Assembly (NCBI GenBank): GCA_031412755.1
Contig: JANODP010000191.1
Span: 2,454-66,453, forward strand
Direction of reading: 5' to 3'
Source: Schlesneria sp.
GTDB lineage: Bacteria; Planctomycetota; Planctomycetia; Planctomycetales; Planctomycetaceae
DNA length: 64,000 nt
Shown: piece by piece, positions 8,362 through 17,492 of the stretch
Layout: each line of letters starts with the position of its first letter
Numbering within the stretch: the stretch's first letter is position 1
Program-made: the position numbers and the translations under genes
Notes under the pieces: model-generated
Told to the model about the DNA's origin: nothing
Databases searched by the model: none
What the model saw: the letters and a program-made list of their open reading frames with translations, nothing else

Positions 8362-9228
8362 TCATGAGGCACCCCCTTGCGGCAGTCGGATCAGCGGTTG
8401 CAGCTCGTCGCCGTCGGTGCCGTAGAAGATCGGCTCGGTCAGTGCCTTCTCGGCCGTCCAGTCCGCAAATGCCGCGAACCGGTGGAGCGCTGCCCCTTCC
8501 CTCGACGCCACGGCTTTCCGAAGGAGATCACGCCGGCCGGGAGTGGGGGACACGTGCAGCACGGTGAACGACTCCGCGGTCGTCTTGAAGTGCCGCTCGT
8601 GGAGTCGTCCGGCGAGCATGGCCGCGAATCCGGGTGTCTTGGAGTTCGCGATCTGTTGGATGCCTGATGTACCTCGGTCCAATTCGAGGTAATAGGCTTT
8701 CGAGTGCTGGCCGATCTGCAACGCAAACGCGGCATCGGGTGCGCAGACGAGACGTGGCTTCTCTCGGATGAGGGTGAAGATCCGATATCGCTCGTGCGGT
8801 TCGCGAGCAAGCGGATTCACCTCGTCCCACTCGCCGAACCAACCGAGCACCGCGACGTCTGGATGACGGAGGACGGCCTCATTGAGGGTGACGTGGACTT
8901 GCGCGACGGCGGTCCAGTGAAACAAGTGCGTCCAGTCGGGAGTTTTTGTCGTCACGTGCAGATATCGCTCGTCGCCGTATTCGGCGGCGACCAGTTCCGC
9001 CCCCATCCGGCTCGGAAAATAGACGGGTGCCGGATTTCCAGCGGACGGGTTCAGCGCCTGCATCCGCGTTTTGCCAATCAAACCCGCCGCGTGAAGCTCC
9101 TGCAGGATGGCTCGCATCACCCGGTCATTGGAGACTCCGACGACGTGTTGAATCATCGGACGAGTCATCGTGTAGTAGTCACACACGGACTTGATCACGG
9201 CGAGTTTCCTGGGAGAAAGGACATTCAT
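8362..9228 (-). CDS. Replication-relaxation (Replic_Relax-like) protein 1
   Basis: N-terminal winged HTH, HLFHWTAVAQV, PDAAF…YYLELDRGT motifs. Confidence 0.8.
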   Translation of the reverse strand: MNVLSPRKLAVIKSVCDYYTMTRPMIQHVVGVSNDRVMRAILQELHAAGLIGKTRMQALNPSAGNPAPVYFPSRMGAELVAAEYGDERYLHVTTKTPDWTHLFHWTAVAQVHVTLNEAVLRHPDVAVLGWFGEWDEVNPLAREPHERYRIFTLIREKPRLVCAPDAAFALQIGQHSKAYYLELDRGTSGIQQIANSKTPGFAAMLAGRLHERHFKTTAESFTVLHVSPTPGRRDLLRKAVASREGAALHRFAAFADWTAEKALTEPIFYGTDGDELQPLIRLPQGGAS

Positions 9229-9237
9229 GACATCGAC

Positions 9238-11085
9238 CTACAGCAGCGGATTGCCATTCGTCTCGATCTGGCCCGCTCTCTCTTGCGATACACCGAGAAC
9301 CTCGATCCGCGGGTGCAGAACCCGTTGGAGACGTTCCGTGGTTTCTCGCTCAATGACGCAGGGGGACGTAAACACCTCAGACCGATAGTTCTCCTCGATC
9401 ATTGCGCTAACGCGGTCGATCGCACTTGACTGGCAGCGCATGATTTTTGGTAAATCCCAACTCAGATAACCGGGAGCGTGCCGTCGGACGTCGACGCGGT
9501 AGAGCGCCGGATCATTCACCATGCGGAGCAGTGCCTGACCGGTCTTGAGCAGCCGGATCTCCTTCGCCCAGAGCGCCGCCTGCTCCTCGAACGTGTAATA
9601 CGACCGCCGCGACAGTTCCCGAAACGTCTCATACACGGGGAGGATCGACTGCCCGATGCTCATGCCGAATGTCTGCGATTTGCTGCCGCCCTCGCCGGTC
9701 GATTCGTTCTCGCCGTGCCCGGAGGATCTTCCAGCGCTTGAGTTGGTTGTCCGGCCTTCGGTGTGGCTGTTGCCCGATGTTCGGAGGTCGTGTGGGACAC
9801 CAAATCGACGAGCGGTGCTGTTGCTACTGGAATCACCGGCACTCGAACCGTTCGATGTCGAATTGGAGAATTGTTCCGACCAGTTCTTGCCGACGGTTTT
9901 CTGCCAATTGGTCGCTTCGGCTTCCGACTGTGACCATGTGGCGAGTTGGATGATCCGTTGTTCGCTCAAGAGTTGGCGGCGGGTGTAGACCTCGTCTTTG
10001 ATCCGTTCCGGGTCATAGGTGATCGACGCGAGTTCGTGGCCGAGGATGTCCGCGTCCTCGCCCTGCACTCCCATGATGAGCCGCGACTGGGCCTGGAAGA
10101 TCAGGGACGTGAGATCGGTGTCCCCTCGCTTGAGTTGCGAGAGTGATTGATGCGAGAAGAGGAGACGGACATCAAGTTGCCGGACCTCCGGGATTGCCTC
10201 TTCAATGTCCGGCCCGACGAACCGTTGGAACTCGTCAAGCAAGACGTAGGTCGGATATCGCACTCCGCGAGGCAACGACCTCGCAGTCGCGAGCAGCTCA
10301 TTCAGCACCATCCCGCCGATGGCGTCCGCGAGTTGCGACGACAAGCGGTTTTGCGGGGATAAGTTGAGGATGACAATCTTGCCCTCACGCATGAATCGGA
10401 GGACATCCAGGCGGTTCTCGGTTGAACCGAAAATACTGCGGAGAATTGGATTCTCGAAAAACGGTTTCAACCGATTCCGGCTCGATTCGAGAATGCGGCC
10501 GGCTTCGCCACCTCGGGCTTGGACGATCTCATTCCATTCGGCGCGCAATTGCTCGGGAAGCCGTGCAAGGAGGGGATCGTGGAGCATGCTGCCGGGCATG
10601 AGCAAATGCGCGCAGTCGGCCACCGTCAGTCCCAACTGGGCGACGGCCCACATCGCATTGAAGACCCAACGTGCGAGTCTCGGCATTTCCTCGATGTTCT
10701 GGCTTGCCCACGCCCGGAGAATCACATCGCCGGCACGCTGTGTCTTGAAGTATCCGTGGGCGGGCGTATCGAACAGCAACGGGTTGAACGTCGGCACGAT
10801 GTCCTCGCGGGACGCGTCGATATACACGACACGGTCACGAATCCATGACGGGCAGTACGGGGATGCAAACCACAACAAGAGCGATTGGGAGAAACTTCCC
10901 ATCCGGTCAAAGATGAAGAACGAGGCGACGCTCATGCTCATGAGTAACTGGTGGATCATGGCCTCGATCGCCGTGGTTTTGCCCTTTCCCGTGCCGCCGA
11001 TCAGGTGCCAATGCGTCCCGAAGGTTGTGGACGGAATCCGCACGCTTTGTCCCGATCGGGAATCTCTTCCAAGTAGTAAATTCAT
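9238..11085 (-). CDS. VirD4/VirB4-like P-loop ATPase 1 (coupling-protein-like)
   Basis: Walker A GGTGKGKT, Walker B VLLDEFQ, RQ…LFSHQSLSQL; Ser/Gly/Thr-rich insert. Confidence 0.85.
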   Translation of the reverse strand: MNLLLGRDSRSGQSVRIPSTTFGTHWHLIGGTGKGKTTAIEAMIHQLLMSMSVASFFIFDRMGSFSQSLLLWFASPYCPSWIRDRVVYIDASREDIVPTFNPLLFDTPAHGYFKTQRAGDVILRAWASQNIEEMPRLARWVFNAMWAVAQLGLTVADCAHLLMPGSMLHDPLLARLPEQLRAEWNEIVQARGGEAGRILESSRNRLKPFFENPILRSIFGSTENRLDVLRFMREGKIVILNLSPQNRLSSQLADAIGGMVLNELLATARSLPRGVRYPTYVLLDEFQRFVGPDIEEAIPEVRQLDVRLLFSHQSLSQLKRGDTDLTSLIFQAQSRLIMGVQGEDADILGHELASITYDPERIKDEVYTRRQLLSEQRIIQLATWSQSEAEATNWQKTVGKNWSEQFSNSTSNGSSAGDSSSNSTARRFGVPHDLRTSGNSHTEGRTTNSSAGRSSGHGENESTGEGGSKSQTFGMSIGQSILPVYETFRELSRRSYYTFEEQAALWAKEIRLLKTGQALLRMVNDPALYRVDVRRHAPGYLSWDLPKIMRCQSSAIDRVSAMIEENYRSEVFTSPCVIERETTERLQRVLHPRIEVLGVSQERAGQIETNGNPLL

Positions 11086-12023
11086 GGCTGTGCTTCCTGA
11101 ATTGCTTCTCTGATGAGTTGGTCGTATCGGTCCTGCAGCTCTTGGAGCACCATGTCCCGTTGCATGCCGTCGGGAAGACGCCCCTCAATCGTGGACCGTT
11201 CCCGTTCGTACCATTCCGTGAGACGTGTGGGAGCATGACGTCGCTCTTCGGTCTCTCGTTTGGTCTGTTCCACCTTGGACGCATCATCCTCGCGCTTCTT
11301 CGTCTCATCAAGAACCGAGCGTTCCTTGTCTCTCGCTTCGGCAATCTTCGGCAGCATGCCGGAGATCATCTCCTGCGCGGCTATCCACGCCTCCGCGGGA
11401 GCGATACTTGGAGGGAACTTGGTTTGTAGATTCGCGCCGAAGAGGGAGTGGGGGAATGTCTCTTCCAGGAGTGCGGCATGTTCCTCGTAGAACCGGATGA
11501 CCTCGGCTCGTGCTTCATCGGTCTTGGCAAACCGCTCCCTCTCTCGCTTCGCTTCCTCTTCGAGTCGATGTTGTCGTTCCCGTTCGAGCACGGGTTGCAA
11601 CCGTGCCTGGTGCTCCCTCTCCTGATGCTCTTTTGCCAATGCCTCCCGCCGTGATGCCTTCTCGGAAGATCGACGCTGCGCTTCTGCCGCTTTGCGGCGG
11701 CTCCATGTGATCATCGCCTCCACTGGCGCTCCCGCGACAGCAGCGATGAGCGACAGCAGCAACGTGGCAACACCGAATGTCACGGCCGCGGCCAGACCTG
11801 CACGGATGAGAAGCATCAGGAACTCCGCCACCCGCGCCGGACTCCAGACGGCAGCGCCCGTCACGATGTACGCGAGGCAAACCGCCGCTGAGAGCCAGGA
11901 GGCACGACGCATCGTGAGCGAGTCGGGTCGAGCCAATCGTTCGGCGGTGACAAACAATAGGCAGATCAGCACGATGAGTGCCGGGAACTCGTCCGGGTGA
12001 ATGAGGTCCAGAAGTTGAGACAC
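11082..12023 (-). CDS. Membrane-anchored coiled-coil protein
   Basis: 3-4 N-terminal hydrophobic segments then charged helical region; GTG 12023 preceded by AGGAGG; stop overlaps the ATPase start. Confidence 0.75.
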   Translation of the reverse strand: MSQLLDLIHPDEFPALIVLICLLFVTAERLARPDSLTMRRASWLSAAVCLAYIVTGAAVWSPARVAEFLMLLIRAGLAAAVTFGVATLLLSLIAAVAGAPVEAMITWSRRKAAEAQRRSSEKASRREALAKEHQEREHQARLQPVLERERQHRLEEEAKRERERFAKTDEARAEVIRFYEEHAALLEETFPHSLFGANLQTKFPPSIAPAEAWIAAQEMISGMLPKIAEARDKERSVLDETKKREDDASKVEQTKRETEERRHAPTRLTEWYERERSTIEGRLPDGMQRDMVLQELQDRYDQLIREAIQEAQP

Positions 12024-12036
12024 GGCTGCTGCCTCC

Positions 12037-12741
12037 TTATGACTCGGGCGTCGGAAACGGGGGAGTGCCGTAGAACTCTGCTTCGACGCGAAATTCATGG
12101 ACACCCGCGTCACGGAGCCGCTGGCGCCACGGTGCAACCTCAAATTGATCGACGAAATAGAAGCCGACGACGTGGCCCTGCTTGCCGTAGGCGGTCAGCG
12201 CTTGCACCAGTTTCTCCCGCGACGCCTCAGTATCCGGAGCGTTGTCGAGCATGTCGGAGAGAACAAAGAAGGCGGACTTGGCTTTCCCGTTCGAGACATG
12301 AACATCGGACGCAACATATTCAAGCGCATGGCGAACGCCGTCATGAATCATCGAACCGTTCGGATTTGCCTGCTTCAGCAGGAATTTCCGGAACCTGTCC
12401 GCGGTCGGAAATGCCCTTCGGAGTTCGAGTGGCGTACCCTCCCAGAGTAAGGATCTGTTCGTGCCAGAGAGCTGCGCGAGGATGACTTTGTCGTGAGTGC
12501 CGCTGTGGTCGTCGTAATAGCGCTTGAGCACGGACATCAGGAAGGAATAGGCCTGCCCGTCGTCGGCCATCTGGTGTTGAAATGACCCCGACAGGTCAAT
12601 TGCCACCACGCACACGTACTCGTGGTCTTCGTGAAAGGCGGCCACCTGCTCGCGGTCCCGCGTACGCTCGCATCCCACGAGGACGCCGACGCACGCCGCG
12701 ATTTGGACCAGAATTCGACAAGAGCGGAGAGTGAGAGTCAT
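12037..12741 (-). CDS. Putative lipoprotein with VWA-like domain
   Basis: Lipobox-like VLVGC; MIDAS-like VAIDLSGS and later VLSDML; start ATG 12741 overlaps the upstream stop. Confidence 0.65.
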   Translation of the reverse strand: MTLTLRSCRILVQIAACVGVLVGCERTRDREQVAAFHEDHEYVCVVAIDLSGSFQHQMADDGQAYSFLMSVLKRYYDDHSGTHDKVILAQLSGTNRSLLWEGTPLELRRAFPTADRFRKFLLKQANPNGSMIHDGVRHALEYVASDVHVSNGKAKSAFFVLSDMLDNAPDTEASREKLVQALTAYGKQGHVVGFYFVDQFEVAPWRQRLRDAGVHEFRVEAEFYGTPPFPTPES

Positions 12742-13391
12742 GACAGATTTTCCTTTCTTGAAAGGGCAACACACTTGCGGCTCAGACTCAGCGAGTGCAG
12801 GACCGCGAATACGACGATCGTGCAATAGACGACGGTCCCCAAGATCGCCGTCACAGAGAGTGCCGCTCCGTTCCAGGTCACGCGGACGAGTGAAAGGTAG
12901 AAGAGGCAACTTTCTCCAATGAGCAAGATGGCGGCCAGAGTGACAGTGAGATCCTTGTTTCGCTTCGACACACCCTCTTGCGACTCGGACGTGTCATCGT
13001 CGGCGAGCCAAAGGAGAAGCACATTGGCCCACGCGATCCAGACGAACACCATGAGCAGCAACGCCGCTGGTTGGGCAAGGTCGATTCGGTGCGTCGCCTC
13101 ATAGTCCTGCAGAAAACTGAGGAAAGGGAACGCCTTGTAGAGCCGGACATTGAGTGGAGGAACGAATTGCTTCAGGCCGTCCGCAATCAGCGTGAGATAG
13201 ACGCTGCTCAGAATGATCTTGGTCAAGAATTGCCAAATCATGTAGGCGCAGCGAGCCCAGAGCAGTTCCCAGTTGAATGGCCTGCGTGATGGATACGGGG
13301 CATAGACGGGATACGATGTCGATGCCGCTCGCCCGCCCAAGTCGGCACTTGTGTCAGGGCTCAAATTTGCCACGCGATAGGATGTGGACAC
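12738..13391 (-). CDS. Integral membrane protein (about 4 TM)
   Basis: Four hydrophobic stretches; first gene of the coupled minus-strand operon; start uncertain. Confidence 0.65.
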   Translation of the reverse strand: MSTSYRVANLSPDTSADLGGRAASTSYPVYAPYPSRRPFNWELLWARCAYMIWQFLTKIILSSVYLTLIADGLKQFVPPLNVRLYKAFPFLSFLQDYEATHRIDLAQPAALLLMVFVWIAWANVLLLWLADDDTSESQEGVSKRNKDLTVTLAAILLIGESCLFYLSLVRVTWNGAALSVTAILGTVVYCTIVVFAVLHSLSLSRKCVALSRKENLS

Positions 13392-13496
13392 GGTTTCGAT
13401 CTCCTTTCAGAGTCGGTGCAGTAATGGGTAGTGACCTTTGCACGCACCGACAGCGCAAAAGATCCTTCGGATTCGCCAACGCATGCTGGCGAAATG

Positions 13497-13519
13497 AAAA
13501 AACCCGCTCTTGGCGGGTT
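13497..13519 (-). terminator. Terminator-like hairpin in the leader of the transfer operon
   Basis: Minus strand AACCCGC-caaga-GCGGGTT followed by TTTT; second hairpin at 13472-13493. Confidence 0.45.
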
Positions 13520-13921
13520 GGAAAAAGCAGTTGCGCGGGGCCAAACTGTATGGCACAATCCGTCCCGTGTCTGTGCCCCGGCGAGGCTTCAAAGAAAGAA
13601 AGTTCGCTGGGTTGCAGAGGTTGCTAGTTCCAACTTCTGTAGCCAAGGGAGTTGAGGTGGGCGGGTCAACTCCCGGTTTTTCATATACGATTGTCCTCAC
13701 ATTTCTGCTGTTAGCTCAGCAAGTCAATCACGGTCTTGGAGCTTCATGTGCAATCTGTCGAGTAATACGGTGATAGCGTAGATTTCCGAGGTTCTTGGCA
13801 GATGCATCCTTGTTCACATGCATTACAATAAACCCCGCAACGAATCGTCGAGAGCACATAGTCACACTTTGGAGAATTTTGGACACGAAGTATCAACAAT
13901 GCTGAAATGTAGGTGCTATTC

Positions 13922-15073
13922 ATGAGCCAACACGGAGACAGAGCCAATGGACCATTGGCAGTACGGAAGAGAAAAGAGGCCGGCTTGACACAGTTGGCCC
14001 TCGCGGCGCAAGCGGGAGTCGACAAGATGACAATCTGTCGACTCGAAAAGAATGAGCCCATTCTTCTGAAGAATTTGAAGCGAGTCGCGACTGCCTTGAA
14101 ACTTCCTTTGAAGCAGTTGATGCGGACGCCAGAAGGTACAGATCAGATTGCACGCGACGGCCCGCTTCGAAAGCGATTTGTGATCCGGACGTTTCCTGAC
14201 GGCTATAAACCACCAGTGTCCGAACAAGTATACGGCTACAAAACAACGTATCTGGAACACGTCGCCCGCGCCCGAGACCTATTCGTATTCTTTCACGGAC
14301 TCGGTTTGGATGCCGACGATTTCCTTCCGTTTCTGAAGTCCACGTCGCGACACACAGTTGCAATCACCCTTCCGGGGTTTGAAGAAGTCCAGGATCAGAT
14401 GCAATCACACATGTTTTGTTTGGAAACCCATATCCATCTCGTCGTCTCGTTTTTGATGTACTTACACAATTCCTATCCCACCAAGCGGCTGCATCTCGTC
14501 GGATTTTCGGTCGGAGCGGATATTCTTGTCTGGGTTGTTGAAGCGCTGCGCCACGCTGGCCTGAATCCGGGAATCTCGTCAGTCTTGCTTTGGGACTGCA
14601 ACATCAATCACAAGTCAATGACCATTTCGAAAGCGATCGCGCGCCTCAAAGCTCGGGACCCGCTGGATTGCTTCAAGACGTTCATGAATGCAAGTCGCAA
14701 TTTGATTGAGTTCATTCACCGACTCAAATATTTGCAGACGATTTCAAAGAAATCGTTAGAGCGAGTGAAGAACTTTGCAGCGGAAGTGGTTGACCGCTGG
14801 CCCGAAACGAAAATCGACACTTTCTTGAAACACGCCAAGATGATGAGTCAATTTGAGGGTGTCAGGACGCGGTTCATTTTTTCTTCGGATAATGGAGGGC
14901 TTGTTACAGAGTTGAAGAACAAAGCCCCAGCCGACATCGGCGACATCCTTGATGCGGATGATCGTCAGCATTTTGACTTTCTAAAACCGGAAGTACTGGA
15001 ACAATTGATCGAAGGCACCATTCGAAATCGAATTCGCAGCGTGACATCGCTGCAAGCAGCGGCCAAACGTTGA
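13922..15073 (+). CDS. XRE-family HTH fused to an alpha/beta-hydrolase domain
   Basis: RKRKEAGLTQLALAAQAGVDKMTICRLEK HTH; FFHGLG oxyanion motif, GFSVG nucleophile elbow, C-terminal His (QHFDF). Confidence 0.8.
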   Translation: MSQHGDRANGPLAVRKRKEAGLTQLALAAQAGVDKMTICRLEKNEPILLKNLKRVATALKLPLKQLMRTPEGTDQIARDGPLRKRFVIRTFPDGYKPPVSEQVYGYKTTYLEHVARARDLFVFFHGLGLDADDFLPFLKSTSRHTVAITLPGFEEVQDQMQSHMFCLETHIHLVVSFLMYLHNSYPTKRLHLVGFSVGADILVWVVEALRHAGLNPGISSVLLWDCNINHKSMTISKAIARLKARDPLDCFKTFMNASRNLIEFIHRLKYLQTISKKSLERVKNFAAEVVDRWPETKIDTFLKHAKMMSQFEGVRTRFIFSSDNGGLVTELKNKAPADIGDILDADDRQHFDFLKPEVLEQLIEGTIRNRIRSVTSLQAAAKR

Positions 15074-15458
15074 AAGTGTCGCGTGGAATTCAGTTTGTCG
15101 GGGCCGAATCCGATTTTTCTCAGGAACGTCCAACTACGGCGTCTAGATGCAAGCAACTGTTGGACAGCTAAGGCTCGTGCTTTTGCACGCGAATCGCCAA
15201 TCGAAAGGTTGTGAAAAGGGGAAGAAGTCTGCTGTGTGGCAATCCCTTTGGGGACAGATTGCGCGACCACACATTGCGACGCAATCAGATCGTTCCGCCC
15301 GTGAGTACGATTGACTCAAGCCAAAGATGCCCCGTGTCCTCTCGGAAACGGGGCGGCCTGAACGATGTCAAGCACAGTGAGAACACTTTCCGTGTGGGGG
15401 GGCAGAACTTCGGTATTCGCCGTAAGGTCAACCCACCAATCGCGACTGCTGTGAAACT

Positions 15459-15704
15459 TCAGCCACTTCTTTTCGGTGATCGACTTCTGCGTGCGTCACG
15501 AGCCTTCGATTGGGCGGCGTAGCAGACGAATGTCGCCACGGTCCGGTGCCAGTTGCGTCCAAGTTCCTTCGGCCCGATCGTGGCTGGTGGAAATCCCCGC
15601 TTTTCCATCCAGGACAGAAGTCCCTCCGCCAGCTCGTCGACGCGATTCCACGCACGAGCTTGCACGGCATCGAGTAGATCTTTCAATGCGGCGTCGGGGT
15701 CCAT
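15459..15704 (-). CDS. Small hypothetical protein
   Basis: MDPDAALKDLL…; starts 1 nt after the upstream stop. Confidence 0.6.
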   Translation of the reverse strand: MDPDAALKDLLDAVQARAWNRVDELAEGLLSWMEKRGFPPATIGPKELGRNWHRTVATFVCYAAQSKARDARRSRSPKRSG

Positions 15705-15705
15705 G

Positions 15706-15900
15706 TCAGAGTTCCTCCCCGAATTCGGCCATCGCTTCCGGCCAATACTTGATACCTCCGTCATTGAAGGCATCCGGCTCAACGGTGTACCCGTCTCCGC
15801 ATTCCGTGCATTCGACGTCCATGGTGGCGTCGTCGACGCCGGTGATCTCCAGCTGCCCGCCGCAACTGCGGCACTTCCCGTCGTTCAATTCCACAAGCAT
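15706..15900 (-). CDS. Small zinc-ribbon protein
   Basis: CRSCGG…CTECGD, acidic; start ATG 15900. Confidence 0.7.
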   Translation of the reverse strand: MLVELNDGKCRSCGGQLEITGVDDATMDVECTECGDGYTVEPDAFNDGGIKYWPEAMAEFGEEL

Positions 15901-16189
15901 CGAACAGTCTCCCTGTGGTCCAATGAGCGGTTCGCTCAGGCGAATCTCTGCCGAACATCGGCAGAGCGGACCAAGCGTGCCACGGGAGAAAGCGCTAGCG
16001 CAAATCACTCAGAACAATTGGCGTTGCAGTCCGGGTGCATTGGGATGATCTCGCTGTGCCACGGTCCGGTCCTGAGGTGACGATTCAACGATCGCACACT
16101 GCTCTACTGACGAACCCCGCATCGTACGATGCAGGGTTGTTTGGTGATGGCAACCTGCAATGCAGGGTGCCAGAAGCGAGAGCGTCGTC

Positions 16190-16525
16190 TCAGAACGGTA
16201 CTTCCCCACTGCCACTCGGTGCACTGTTGCGAGAATCCTCCGGCTGCTGGCCGGGGAGCGGCGTCGAGTAGCAATACTCGATGGCCTTCTGCAATGCGAA
16301 GACCAGAGCGGGCAAGTCGGCCGGTCCGTAGGACTGCGAGTCCTTCCATTCACCAGCAGTGCGATCGTAGTAGCGGCGCGGCGCAATCGTGATCGCACGG
16401 AAGTGCCGGGGTCCCTCGTCCCCTGCGACTTGGTTGAGCCAGATGACCACGCTGATGCCGCTGTGGACGGGACTGATCTTTTTCTCCGGCGGCTTCTTCT
16501 GTGGGGCGGGCGATTTCTTGGCCAT
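16190..16525 (-). CDS. Small PC4/SSB-like putative ssDNA-binding protein (copy 3) with SSB-type tail
   Basis: ISVVIWLN…RAITIAPRRYYDRTAGEWKDSQSYGPADLP; disordered C-terminus ending EVPF. Confidence 0.6.
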   Translation of the reverse strand: MAKKSPAPQKKPPEKKISPVHSGISVVIWLNQVAGDEGPRHFRAITIAPRRYYDRTAGEWKDSQSYGPADLPALVFALQKAIEYCYSTPLPGQQPEDSRNSAPSGSGEVPF

Positions 16526-16690
16526 GACGGATCTCCTGTCGGTGGCAGATGCAAAGGACCGAAACGCTCTCGATGAGCGCGTCACGACACCGTGACACCA
16601 CTTCAAACTGCCTGAGAGGACGGCGATGCGCAAGAGCCTCCGTCCGGAGCGATCAGCAAAAGTGAGTCACCTCACGAGGAGAAATGACAA

Positions 16691-17473
16691 TCAGAACAGA
16701 CGGAGCTGATTCCTACGGTCTGTCATTGGGTTGCCAGATTCTTTGCCATCTTTGACAGACGGTTCTTTGCTTGTCGCGGCGTCTGGGGGCGACTCCGGTT
16801 CGTTGGCAATCTGCTGAATGGAATGAGGACAGTCTTCAACGGGAACCTCCTTGAGTACGCCTCGCAAGTCGAATCCGGTGCGGTAGACCAGCCGCCGTTC
16901 ATCGGTGAAGCTGTTGCCCCAGATGACATAGCCATACAGATTTCTCAGCGCGAGATTGATCGCCGTCATCCGGACACATCTCAGGTCGATGTCCTGCCCG
17001 ACGAATTCCCAGTGAGGCCTGAGGTCGGCCACCGCCAGCAGCATCCGGCCTGATCCGCAGCACGGGTCGCACACGGACTTCTTGTCGTTCCCCTCATCCT
17101 CGCCGATGGTCATCTTGGCCATCATCTGGCAGATCGGTTCCGGTGTGAGGAACTGCCCGGCTTCGCCGTAGGTGATGGCCCCCTGGAACAGGTCGCCGAG
17201 AATGTCCTGGCGAGTCTCTTCCATCGCATTTACGAGTGTCCCGAATGCCTGTGAAATGGAATCGCACCCGCGTTTGCCCGGCTTTCCTTCGGTATGCCGT
17301 TTCACCGTGGCCAAGTACTGGTCCTCCATCCGGCCGCCGGAGAGGGCGCACACGCTCATGTGCAGGAAATCTTCAAACGCCTGTGCGCGACTGACGCCGC
17401 TGCGTCGCGATGTCTCTTCAAGCAGATCGAAGACGGGTTTGGTCTCGGGGTAGAGGAAGGCTTCCTTGGGCAA
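16691..17473 (-). CDS. Short HsdM-like (N-6 DNA methylase family) protein
   Basis: GQFLTPEPICQMMAKM and CDPCCGSGRML; no NPP(Y/F) motif; ends QLRLF. Confidence 0.75.
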   Translation of the reverse strand: MPKEAFLYPETKPVFDLLEETSRRSGVSRAQAFEDFLHMSVCALSGGRMEDQYLATVKRHTEGKPGKRGCDSISQAFGTLVNAMEETRQDILGDLFQGAITYGEAGQFLTPEPICQMMAKMTIGEDEGNDKKSVCDPCCGSGRMLLAVADLRPHWEFVGQDIDLRCVRMTAINLALRNLYGYVIWGNSFTDERRLVYRTGFDLRGVLKEVPVEDCPHSIQQIANEPESPPDAATSKEPSVKDGKESGNPMTDRRNQLRLF

Positions 17474-17492
17474 TGCGAACGAGGGAACAGGA

